Of a stretch of 64,000 bases of DNA, positions 55,750-64,000 are shown one piece after another. The position numbers and the translations under genes were made by a program. Location of the stretch: contig JASFQL010000001.1 in the NCBI GenBank assembly GCA_050115475.1, positions 62,554 through 126,553 of the forward strand. The letters are read 5' to 3'. The notes under the pieces are model-generated. The model was not told the origin of the DNA. It ran no database searches and saw only the letters and a list, made by a program, of their open reading frames with translations. The DNA is from Anaerolineales bacterium. Its GTDB lineage: Bacteria; Chloroflexota; Anaerolineae; Anaerolineales; UBA11579. The number at the start of each line of letters is the position of its first letter. Within the stretch, counting starts at the first letter, position 1.

Positions 55750-56969
55750 TGAAGAAACAAAATATGGCCCTATGCTTGGCTGCTGTCCTGGTTTTATCGA
55801 TCCTGGCGGGCTGCGGGAGTAATCCATCAGCGGCGGCGACCCCCTCACCTCCCCCGACAGATGAAGCCGAGGTGTTCGAAGTCCCTGAATTTTCCCCTGA
55901 AGAGCCGGTTGTGATTTCGACGATCAAGATGTTGACAGAAAAGGCGGGGTGGGCAACCGGCGGGGAGACGAATCCCGGCGACCTCGTCCTGGTGACGCAG
56001 GATGGGGGGAACACCTGGATAGACGTCAGTCCACCGGAAGCGGAATCCGGCGATGTAGGGAAAACCGCATACGGCTTCTTCCTGGATGTGGACACCGCCT
56101 GGGTGACGTATGGGTACGTCGACACCTTCAGCATCCCTGAAAATCCCGTCGTGTGGCATACGGGCGATGGCGGGCGGTCATGGGAAGCCGGGGGTACTCT
56201 CGACACAGGCGATCTGGCCGAGTTCTACAGCCCGCAGCATTTCACGTTTGTGGATGAGGACCACGGCTGGTTGATGGTCATCGTCGGGGCAGGGATGAAC
56301 AAAGCCTATTTCTATCTCTATCAAACCGAGGACGGCGGGGTGAACTGGACCCGGATTCAAGACCCCACCACTAACAGCGGGATGGATTCCTGCCCCAAAA
56401 CAGGCATGGTTTTCGGGGACGCGAACACCGGTTTGGTGACGCGCGATTGTGCGGGGCTGTACGATGGCGCGCACCTCTTCGGGACCGGGAACGGAGGCGA
56501 GCTGTGGAATTGGTTCGAGCTGCCGCCGCCCGAGTCCGCCCCGGACGGTTTGATGATGCCCAATCATATGTGCCGGACACATTCGCCTACTTTTACATCG
56601 CCAACGTCGGGCTTGGTCGCGGTCTCATGTAAGGGTTTCAATGACGATGGTACAAAAACAGAGACCCACTACATCTACACGACCAGCGATAGCGGTTTGT
56701 CGTGGCAGGGCGGCACCCCTTATCCAGGTGGGGAGATCGTGGTGATGGGGGATGGTTACGCCTTCGCCTTGGGGAAGGACATCAGCCGTTCGAGCGATTT
56801 TGGGGAAAGCTGGGAATACGTCAGCAGCATCGATTGGGAAGGCCAGTTCAGCTTCATCGACCCACAGAGGGGCTGGGCGGTGGCCCGCGGCGATGGCAAC
56901 GTTACCCTAATGAAGACCAGCGACGGCGGGGCGATGTGGGATTTGCTGGCACCGGTGGTGGTGAAGTGA
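55746..56969 (+). CDS. BNR/Asp-box repeat beta-propeller lipoprotein (Ycf48-like)
   Basis: LSILAGC lipobox. Seven SxDxGxxW-type Asp boxes (QDGGNTW, GDGGRSW, EDGGVNW, GNGGELW, SDSGLSW, SDFGESW, SDGGAMW). ATGA overlap with the PLD gene. Confidence 0.75.
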   Translation: MMKKQNMALCLAAVLVLSILAGCGSNPSAAATPSPPPTDEAEVFEVPEFSPEEPVVISTIKMLTEKAGWATGGETNPGDLVLVTQDGGNTWIDVSPPEAESGDVGKTAYGFFLDVDTAWVTYGYVDTFSIPENPVVWHTGDGGRSWEAGGTLDTGDLAEFYSPQHFTFVDEDHGWLMVIVGAGMNKAYFYLYQTEDGGVNWTRIQDPTTNSGMDSCPKTGMVFGDANTGLVTRDCAGLYDGAHLFGTGNGGELWNWFELPPPESAPDGLMMPNHMCRTHSPTFTSPTSGLVAVSCKGFNDDGTKTETHYIYTTSDSGLSWQGGTPYPGGEIVVMGDGYAFALGKDISRSSDFGESWEYVSSIDWEGQFSFIDPQRGWAVARGDGNVTLMKTSDGGAMWDLLAPVVVK

Positions 56970-57027
56970 GGAATTGATTTTCTGGTAAACTAGTAAACAC
57001 ACCTATTAATTATTGGGAGTATGGAAA

Positions 57028-59523
57028 ATGATAAAAACTAACGGTAAATTCTACCTGGGACGCAATCCAGATTCGAAGGAGCCACTCCTGTACGACCCAG
57101 ACGACCTGACCACGCATGCCGTGGTCCTCGGGATGACCGGGTCCGGCAAAACGGGCCTGTGCATCGATCTATTAGAAGAAGCGGCTTTGAACAACATCCC
57201 AGCCTTGATGATCGATCCCAAGGGCGACATCACCAACATCCTCCTGCACTTCCCGGATCTGCTCCCGTCCGATTTCCAACCGTGGGTGAATCCCGACGAT
57301 GCCAGGCGGGATGGGAAGACGATCGAGGAAGCAGGGAAAGAGGCGGCAGAGCTGTGGAGCAAGGGGCTGGCGGATTGGGAGATCGGAAAAGAACGCATCC
57401 AGGCGCTGAAGACTGCCGCCGATTTTGCGGTTTACACGCCGGGTTCGGATGCGGGGATCCCCGTGAGCATCCTGGCGACGTTGGAGGCACCCGGGATCCC
57501 CTGGGAAGAAAACGAGGAACTGCTGCGCGAGAAGATCTCCAGCACGGTCACCGCTATCCTGGGGCTGGTGGGAATGGACGACATCGACCCGGTCCGATCA
57601 CGCGAACACATCCTCCTGGCGAACATCTTCGAACAGGCCTGGAGTGAGGGGCAAGACCTGGACCTGGGCGAATTAATCTTACAGACCCAGAACCCGCCCT
57701 TCGAGAAATTGGGTGTTTTGAACCTGGACACCTTTTTCCCCGAGAAGGACCGCTTCGAGCTTGCCATGCTCTTGAACAATATCCTGGCGGCGCCGACCTT
57801 CCAGGCGTGGATAGAGGGGCAGCCACTGGATATCGAGGAACTGCTGTATGGGAGCGACGGCCGGATACGGCACAGCGTGTTCTACATCGCCCACCTGAAC
57901 GACGCAGAGCGGATGTTTTTCGTGACCTTGCTGTATTCGGCAGTGGAATCGTGGATGCGAACGCAAAAAGGCACGAGTTCCCTACGAGCAATCGTCTACT
58001 TCGATGAGATATATGGATACATGCCCCCGGTCGCCAACCCACCGTCGAAGCAGCTCATGCTGCGGCTGCTCAAACAGGCACGCGCCTTTGGGGTCGGGCA
58101 GGTGCTCGTCACGCAAAACCCCGTCGATCTCGACTACAAGGGCCTCTCGAACACAGGCTCATGGTTCATCGGGAAGCTGCAGACCGAACGCGACAAAGAG
58201 CGCTTGCTGGATGGGCTGGAGGGGGTGGCGGCGGGGAGTATGAACCGGAAAGAATACGACAAGATTATCTCAGCATTGGGAAAGCGCGTTTTCCTGCTGC
58301 ACAATGTGCACGAGAAGAAGCCGGAGATATTCTACACGCGATGGGCGATGAATTATCTGACCGGCCCACTATCCCGCAACCAGATCCCGGCGGTCAACGA
58401 ACTGGTTGGCGCAAAATATAAAGCGAAAAAGGCAGGGAAGAAAAAAACAGCCGGGACGAAGACGGCGGGAAAAAAGAAAACAGCCCGGAAGACGGCGACA
58501 AAGGCGAAAGACAAGGCTGCTGCTTCGACAACCCGCCCGACAGTGCCCACAGGTGTGATGGAGTATTTCCTACCAAATAATCTATCGGTGATGGAAGCTT
58601 TCAAGGCCGCAGGGGAGACGGCCGTGGAGAGCGCCAAAAGCCAGGGTATATTGTATAAACCCGTCATCCTGGCGCAGGCCGACATCCGCTATTTGCAGCG
58701 GAAATATAATCTGGATTATGAAGAAAAACGCACAGCCATCGTACAAGACCCCGACCGGCGGGGTATGGTACGATGGGAGGAGAACACTGCACCTCCTATA
58801 GACCCGAGGGACATGGATAGGAGCCCTGCGCCAAATGCGAGTTTCGGCGTCTTGGAAGCCCCTCTTACGGATGCCAAATTGATAAAGTCCCTGGAAAAAG
58901 ACTTTATCGACTGGGTGTACCGCAGCAGCGAGGTGACTGTCTTTGCGAACGAAAGCCTAAAACTCTATAGCGGACCGCCTTCGACGAAAGGGGAATTCCG
59001 CAAGCTGGTTTCCGACCAGGCGAGTAAAGAAAAGGACGCTGAGATCAAAAAGACTGAAACGACCTATAAGAAGAAAATCCAGGCCATCCAAAAGAAACTC
59101 AGCCGTGAAAAACGCGAGCTGGCGGAGGACGAAGCGGAACACAAATCACGGAAGATGGAAGAACTCGGCACCCACGCCGAGAACCTCCTCGGGTTCCTAG
59201 CGGGATCACGCAGCCGCCGGCGAGTTTCCACTTCCCTGACCAAGCGCCGGCTGACTGCCCAGGCAAAGGCCGACATCGAAGAATCACTGGACGTGATAGA
59301 AGAGTTGGAAGGCGATTTAGCGGAACTCGCCGAAGAGGTCGAAGGGGTGGTCGATGAGATCGAAGAAAGATGGGGGAATGTGGCGACGGAAATCGAGGAA
59401 ATTCCTGTCACCCCGTATAAGAAGGACATTCTCATCGACAGCTTTGGAGTCGCCTGGATGCCCTACCACGTCGTCGAGGTTAAAGGAAACGAAATTCAGC
59501 TGCCTGGCTACAGCGACCGTTAA
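57028..59523 (+). CDS. HerA/FtsK-superfamily P-loop ATPase with Lys-rich linker and C-terminal coiled-coil region
   Basis: Walker A VVLGMTGSGKTG, Walker B-like IVYFDEIYGY, VLVTQNPVDLD. Lys-rich segment KAKKAGKKKTAGTKTAGKKKTARKTATKAKDK. Charged heptad-like C-terminus. ATG at 57028 follows GGGAG. Confidence 0.7.
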   Translation: MIKTNGKFYLGRNPDSKEPLLYDPDDLTTHAVVLGMTGSGKTGLCIDLLEEAALNNIPALMIDPKGDITNILLHFPDLLPSDFQPWVNPDDARRDGKTIEEAGKEAAELWSKGLADWEIGKERIQALKTAADFAVYTPGSDAGIPVSILATLEAPGIPWEENEELLREKISSTVTAILGLVGMDDIDPVRSREHILLANIFEQAWSEGQDLDLGELILQTQNPPFEKLGVLNLDTFFPEKDRFELAMLLNNILAAPTFQAWIEGQPLDIEELLYGSDGRIRHSVFYIAHLNDAERMFFVTLLYSAVESWMRTQKGTSSLRAIVYFDEIYGYMPPVANPPSKQLMLRLLKQARAFGVGQVLVTQNPVDLDYKGLSNTGSWFIGKLQTERDKERLLDGLEGVAAGSMNRKEYDKIISALGKRVFLLHNVHEKKPEIFYTRWAMNYLTGPLSRNQIPAVNELVGAKYKAKKAGKKKTAGTKTAGKKKTARKTATKAKDKAAASTTRPTVPTGVMEYFLPNNLSVMEAFKAAGETAVESAKSQGILYKPVILAQADIRYLQRKYNLDYEEKRTAIVQDPDRRGMVRWEENTAPPIDPRDMDRSPAPNASFGVLEAPLTDAKLIKSLEKDFIDWVYRSSEVTVFANESLKLYSGPPSTKGEFRKLVSDQASKEKDAEIKKTETTYKKKIQAIQKKLSREKRELAEDEAEHKSRKMEELGTHAENLLGFLAGSRSRRRVSTSLTKRRLTAQAKADIEESLDVIEELEGDLAELAEEVEGVVDEIEERWGNVATEIEEIPVTPYKKDILIDSFGVAWMPYHVVEVKGNEIQLPGYSDR

Positions 59524-59839
59524 TCGTTAGGTTGGGGATTCGAGGCTTCCCGGGGAAGAAGTCTTGCTTGATTTACGGGATTTTGGTTTCATTAAGGTGG
59601 TTGTGGTTATTTAAATGGCCACTTGAGGGTACTAAGAGGGAGCAGCTATTCCCCAAGCGTACATATATTAAAAAACAACCTTCATTGAAAGTCGAATTGT
59701 AAATATACTGAAAGAGGGGAAAGTAGATGTGACAGTTGAGTTCCTCGGCTGGCAATACTGATTCATCACAAAAAGTATCCACGATTGAATTTACAATCCT
59801 CTTCCATGTTGGCAGAGTGAGGGAGTAAGTAATTCCCAC

Positions 59840-59868
59840 TTGACAAAATTCCTCGTTTCCTGTAATAT
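59840..59868 (+). promoter_or_regulatory. Near-consensus sigma70 promoter
   Basis: TTGACA (59840-59845), 17-nt spacer, TAATAT (59863-59868). Confidence 0.5.
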
Positions 59869-59907
59869 GTCGGCTGTCTACATATGTCGGAAGACGACAT
59901 ATGTAGA
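59865..59907. promoter_or_regulatory. Operator-like repeat set / 5' hairpin overlapping the -10 and the predicted transcription start
   Basis: Perfect 13-bp inverted repeat TCTACATATGTCG (59877-59889) / CGACATATGTAGA (59895-59907) with a 5-nt spacer. A third direct half-site ATATGTCGG at 59865-59873 overlaps the -10. Confidence 0.7.
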
Positions 59908-60048
59908 TAAGAGATAACTGGAAATCAATAATATCCTCCTGCGGGAACCCCCTTTTTAATTTTATTGATTTTGCCTCAAAACACTATTGTTAAAAGCGTT
60001 TTGGCAGCGCATTTGTACTTCAATAATAGTCTTTGACTGAACACGAGG

Positions 60049-61890
60049 ATGATGATGAAAGCTAAAAATAAGGTTCAAAACAGCGAAAATATGCAGGCTG
60101 CTAAGATTTTGTTTTTGATAATGCTACCTGTTTTCTATTTGGTTATTTTTAGTCTGTCTATGTCGTTATCGAAAAATGGCCTTAGAGGAGATAGTCTGAA
60201 CTCAAGAATGGATGTGGGTAAGGAAACCCTAATAGTTTCCAATCAATCTGACCCTTACTATGGATTGGCCCAAAAAATTGCGTACGAAGAAAATCTTGAG
60301 GTTGTTGAAAACCTCACTGAAGCATTGGGGTTCAATCCAAAGTATATCTTGTTGGTAGCTTCACCTGAGAATTTTACTGAGGAGAGATTGCTGAGTATTG
60401 GTTCTTCTTATAAGCGTATGGATTACTATCCTGCCTTGGGCATTATTTCAGGAAGCAGTTTAGAAAATGCCGAACAATTATGGAGGAATGGAAAATCAGT
60501 TCATTCAGGCGAGAATTACTTTGGCGGGGATGTTGAAAAAGGACAATTGATTGAAGAACCAGCAATCTATAACATTGACGAGGGTTACAATGGAAAGATA
60601 GAACTCAATAAAGACAATCTATCTGCTATATTGCTACAAACTGAATATTTTTACTGGTCTCGTCATGTTTCTGAAGACAAGTGGTTTTGGAATACTGAAT
60701 CGAAAGATTACGGCAAAGATGATCAGTATTTTGCAGAAGATATTCCAAAGCTGAATTCAATTGTGATTTACACACCAAGTTGCGGCTCATTTCAGCCGTG
60801 GACAGATGATTCAATTTCTCTGGGCTTTGTCGATAAAGGCGCGGCTGCGTATGTTGGGCATGTTCGCAGTCCTATTTCCAATAGTTTTTTTATAAGGCAC
60901 AGGTTAGCTGTTCCAGGTATCTATTCCTGGGATGAGTTCCCTTTAGGGATCGCAGCGCAAATTCAGAATAAAGAAACTGCAAATATGGTTTACAACACAC
61001 CTTTGTTTTTTATGTTGGGGGATCCGCGAATATATTTATTAGAAGACAAGCCTTATCAAATCAACTCTGACAGGGTGAACAATATTGGGAGGAGGGTAAT
61101 TACGGGAGAGTCAAATGAGAGAGGTATTCTGGCTATAAAAATTGAGGGTGGGGCTGCGTATGAGTATTTGAAAACGAGTACCACATCTGTTAGCGATAAT
61201 GATCCTTTCTATAATAATGATCTACAAATGTTAAATTTGGGCGCAGATAAGTATATTCTGTACTTCCACACAGGTGGAGATTTTCGGATTGAACTTTTCA
61301 CGGATACGCCCATCATATGGAAATTGACTGATCCTATTGTCGATGTTTTTGATTATTCCTGGATAGCAATTGGCGTCGTACAAAGTCCATTCTCTCTGAT
61401 TTTATTGGTGATATTTACCGCTGTTGTAATTTATAAAATTATTCGTAAAAAAACACCTATCAGGAATTACCGAGTTTTATTTCTGGCGGGGCTTCTCTAC
61501 GCTCTCGTGCGACTTATTTATCTCCTGACACGGATAGGCAGCTACACTGTCAGCGCCAGCATAGTCGAAATGACAATTTTTGAGATTATTCTTGGTTTTG
61601 TAGGCGTGTTTTCCAGCACAGCATCTGGATTGGTGATGATGAGAACCAGTAAAAAAACGATCGGTAAGGTCATTGGGATGATTTTAGCTCTTTTACCCCA
61701 ACTTTTACTTACCGGGTTTTATTTCGCTAATATCACCCTTACCAATATTATTATGAGGAACAATACAGCAAACCTTTGGCTTTGGAACTATAAAGCATTT
61801 TGGATGCCACTTGGTGTGCTGCTGTTTGAAGCACTCATCATGTTTGCCTTGTATAGGATTTCAATTTTCAGGCAGAGGACTGCCATATAG
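60049..61890 (+). CDS. Hypothetical membrane protein: N-terminal TM, large extracytoplasmic domain, C-terminal multi-TM region
   Basis: 613-aa AT-rich gene. The order of ILLVASPENF ... SRHVSEDKW ... IYTPSCGSF ... GAAAYVGH ... MLGDP resembles caspase-fold C25-type peptidases (from memory, weak). There are about 5 C-terminal TM helices. Confidence 0.5.
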   Translation: MMMKAKNKVQNSENMQAAKILFLIMLPVFYLVIFSLSMSLSKNGLRGDSLNSRMDVGKETLIVSNQSDPYYGLAQKIAYEENLEVVENLTEALGFNPKYILLVASPENFTEERLLSIGSSYKRMDYYPALGIISGSSLENAEQLWRNGKSVHSGENYFGGDVEKGQLIEEPAIYNIDEGYNGKIELNKDNLSAILLQTEYFYWSRHVSEDKWFWNTESKDYGKDDQYFAEDIPKLNSIVIYTPSCGSFQPWTDDSISLGFVDKGAAAYVGHVRSPISNSFFIRHRLAVPGIYSWDEFPLGIAAQIQNKETANMVYNTPLFFMLGDPRIYLLEDKPYQINSDRVNNIGRRVITGESNERGILAIKIEGGAAYEYLKTSTTSVSDNDPFYNNDLQMLNLGADKYILYFHTGGDFRIELFTDTPIIWKLTDPIVDVFDYSWIAIGVVQSPFSLILLVIFTAVVIYKIIRKKTPIRNYRVLFLAGLLYALVRLIYLLTRIGSYTVSASIVEMTIFEIILGFVGVFSSTASGLVMMRTSKKTIGKVIGMILALLPQLLLTGFYFANITLTNIIMRNNTANLWLWNYKAFWMPLGVLLFEALIMFALYRISIFRQRTAI

Positions 61891-62088
61891 CGATGAAAGT
61901 GTTCGATCAATTTCAAAGTAGGTCGCCTTAACCTGTATTGGGATATTTCCTGTTTCAATTTGGGGCAAATAGTATAGAAACAGCGGATACAATAGACGCG
62001 ATTGACAAAATTCTACAACCTTGCGAAAATAAGTGGACGTAATAGACGCAGGGAGAACCTGTGGACACTTTTGGCATTACACTTTTCG

Positions 62089-62661
62089 ATGACTGATTAC
62101 CATCATACGATACCCGGGCTGAATGGGGAGATTCCTATCACGATCCGCAGAGATAAACGTCTCAAGAAATCCTCCCGCTGGGAGAGGCAAAAAGACGGCT
62201 CTTTCCTGGTGCGGATCCCCCAACGGCTACCGAAGCGGTATTTCCCTGAACTGCTGGAAGACATCAGCCAGCAGATGGTGAAGAGACGCAGGCGGGCCAA
62301 ACGGCGGACGGACGCCGACCTGCAGCGGCGCGCCGAGGAGATCAACCGGAAGTATTTCAAGGGACAACTCAACTGGGAAGCCATCCGCTGGGTGGGCAAT
62401 ATGACGGCCCGCCTGGGGAGCTGTACGACGAGCGGCTCGACCGAAGGCCACATCCGCATCAGCGATAAGATCAAGAACTGGCCTGACTGGGTGGTCGACT
62501 ACATCATCGCCCACGAACTGACCCACACGATGCATGCCAACCACAGCCGGGCTTTTTGGGATGCGCTCAGGAAAGCTTACCCGCTGACAGAACGCGCCCG
62601 CGGCTTCGTGAGGGGCGTCGGCTTTACCGAGGGGCTGGACTACGAAAACAATGGCGAGTGA
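62089..62661 (+). CDS. YgjP/SprT-like zinc metallopeptidase (DUF45/M48-related)
   Basis: HExxH motif in IIAHELTHTMHANHSRAFW. Start set at the ATG at 62089 (MTDYHH...). Confidence 0.65.
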   Translation: MTDYHHTIPGLNGEIPITIRRDKRLKKSSRWERQKDGSFLVRIPQRLPKRYFPELLEDISQQMVKRRRRAKRRTDADLQRRAEEINRKYFKGQLNWEAIRWVGNMTARLGSCTTSGSTEGHIRISDKIKNWPDWVVDYIIAHELTHTMHANHSRAFWDALRKAYPLTERARGFVRGVGFTEGLDYENNGE

Positions 62662-64000
62662 TGTTCCTACTTTAATGGGAAAACGAATAAGGTTTCCCGA
62701 AGGGCCAATTCCGATATACCCGCTGGCCTTTGCGGTATATCCTATCCTGGCGCTGGCGGCAGCGAACGCTGCCAACACCCTCTTACAGTCTGCGCTGTGG
62801 GCGCTAGGGGTCTCTGTCCTGGGGACGCTGGTGTTATGGGGGATTGTGAGGCTGGCGGTCCGGAATTGGTATACATCTGCCGGGATGATGGCTATCCTCC
62901 TGATCTTGTTTTACGCCTATGGGCACATGAGCGGCCTGTTGTTCAAAGAGGGAGACAGGACAGTATTGTTGTCGATTGTGTGGGGTGCCCTTTTGATTGG
63001 CGGGGGGTGGTGGGTGGTCAGGCATCCAACCCACATGAAAAGCCTGACGATGCCGCTGAACGTGGTAGGTGTCTTCCTGCTGGTATTTCCTTTGTATACG
63101 CTTGGTTCCTTCTATATAAAAGCCCAATTCTCACCTTCCAAATTGAGTGAAGTTACCCTCTCGCAAGCGTCTCCGGTAAATGCTTCTGACCTTCCAGCTG
63201 GCGACCTCCCCGACGTTTATTACATCATCTTCGATGCATATGCCCGGGCAGACGTGCTCGCCGAGATCTATCACTACGACAACCAGCCGACGCTCGACCG
63301 CCTGCGTGAGCTCGGCTTCTACATCGCCGGGGAGAGCCACAGCAATTACAACCAGACCTTCCTGTCCATCCCTTCGTCGTTGAATATGGCTTACATCAAC
63401 GACATCATGGACGTGGGGCCGGATACGCCCTACGATCACGACCGGCACAGCAAGCTGATCAGGAAGAATGAGGTGGACTGCATTTTATCGGAATGGGGAT
63501 ATGAACTGGTCAGCTTCAGCTCGGGGCACGGCCTGACGGCCATCGTGACCGCCGACCATTATTTACATCCGACCGAGGAGGTGGAATCGAATTCTGTTTC
63601 TTCCATCCTTTTTTTGGGAAAAACCCTGCCCCTGACCTCATTCGAGGCGCTTTTATTGGAGACCACCGCTCTGCAACCCATCCTGCCCGACTTGTATCAA
63701 TCCGTGTCTGAACCGCCGAAGTTCCAAAACCACCGCCAGCGTGTGCTGTACGCCTTCGAGCACATGGCCGATTTTGCGGATGCCGAGGGGAATTATTTCG
63801 TCTTTGCACACATTATTTCCCCCCACCCTCCCTTCGTGTTCGAAGAGGACGGCGAGCCGAAGCTGCACACCGAAGCTTACAGCATCGCCGATGGGACTCA
63901 CTTCGTGGGACGCAAGGCTTCGCGGGGTGAATACATCAGCGGCTACCGGAACCAACTCACCTACGTCAATACCCTGCTTATCGAGATGGTGGAAGAAATC
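62651..64000 (+). CDS. Membrane protein with sulfatase-like domain, 3'-truncated by the window; not in the supplied ORF track
   Basis: The ATG at 62651 overlaps the upstream stop (ATGGCGAGTGA). My hand translation of the frame through base 64000 (450 codons) found no stop. Hydrophobic N-terminus. DLPDVYYIIFDAYARAD, SLNMAY, SPHPPFVF and GYRNQL are collinear with the protein at 17202-18716. Confidence 0.65.
   Translation, partial: MASDVPTLMGKRIRFPEGPIPIYPLAFAVYPILALAAANAANTLLQSALWALGVSVLGTLVLWGIVRLAVRNWYTSAGMMAILLILFYAYGHMSGLLFKEGDRTVLLSIVWGALLIGGGWWVVRHPTHMKSLTMPLNVVGVFLLVFPLYTLGSFYIKAQFSPSKLSEVTLSQASPVNASDLPAGDLPDVYYIIFDAYARADVLAEIYHYDNQPTLDRLRELGFYIAGESHSNYNQTFLSIPSSLNMAYINDIMDVGPDTPYDHDRHSKLIRKNEVDCILSEWGYELVSFSSGHGLTAIVTADHYLHPTEEVESNSVSSILFLGKTLPLTSFEALLLETTALQPILPDLYQSVSEPPKFQNHRQRVLYAFEHMADFADAEGNYFVFAHIISPHPPFVFEEDGEPKLHTEAYSIADGTHFVGRKASRGEYISGYRNQLTYVNTLLIEMVEEI

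Noticed and set aside
59573-59839. 88-aa minus-strand ORF
   Set aside because: It lies in an AT-rich intergenic stretch and has no Shine-Dalgarno. It is Cys/Asn/Phe-rich and ends against the strong plus-strand promoter, so it is most likely non-coding.

Overview
The window is a 64-kb chromosomal segment, mostly G+C-rich and densely coded on both strands. By gene content it looks Chloroflexota-like: a bacterial Elp3 homologue, a fused GlyQS and many membrane or secreted proteins. That assignment is inference only.

Recognisable genes:
- **Translation, repair and core metabolism:** the 3' end of coaBC, fused glyQS, recO, wecB, trmO.
- **SAM-related block:** a Trm9-like methyltransferase divergent from elp3, followed by two tandem DUF62 SAM-hydrolase paralogues.
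- **Transport:** an ECF transporter operon (fused ATPase, S and T components) and a COG0701 permease / TIGR03943 / beta-propeller operon.
- **RNA genes:** a tRNA-Phe/Gly/Cys cluster with its own promoter and terminator.
- **Methionine synthesis:** metH behind a clear SAM-I riboswitch.
- **Disulfide-bond formation:** a VKOR-thioredoxin fusion and a DsbA-like protein.
- **Signalling:** a five-gene operon built around a 1989-aa multi-GAF histidine kinase.

Several visibly AT-rich segments look accessory (about 48.5-51.1 kb, 53.8-54.7 kb, 59.5-62.0 kb).

The observations most worth a second look:
1. An AT-rich two-gene HD-phosphohydrolase plus PIN-like cassette at 48.8-50.9 kb, a candidate conflict or toxin module.
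2. A 480-bp intergenic region at 46.03-46.51 kb with phased short repeats (TTACAGGT at 10-bp spacing, GATTGTTGA at 14-bp spacing) next to a perfectly paired multi-stem element of about 92 nt.
3. A near-consensus promoter overlapped by three copies of one operator-like half-site, upstream of an AT-rich membrane protein with a caspase/C25-like motif order.
4. The PLD / BNR-propeller / HerA-FtsK-like ATPase cluster.
5. The Trm9-like/Elp3/DUF62 neighbourhood.

One real CDS (62651 to the window end) is missing from the ORF track because it has no stop inside the window. All family assignments come from motif recognition by eye. No searches or numerical computations were run.
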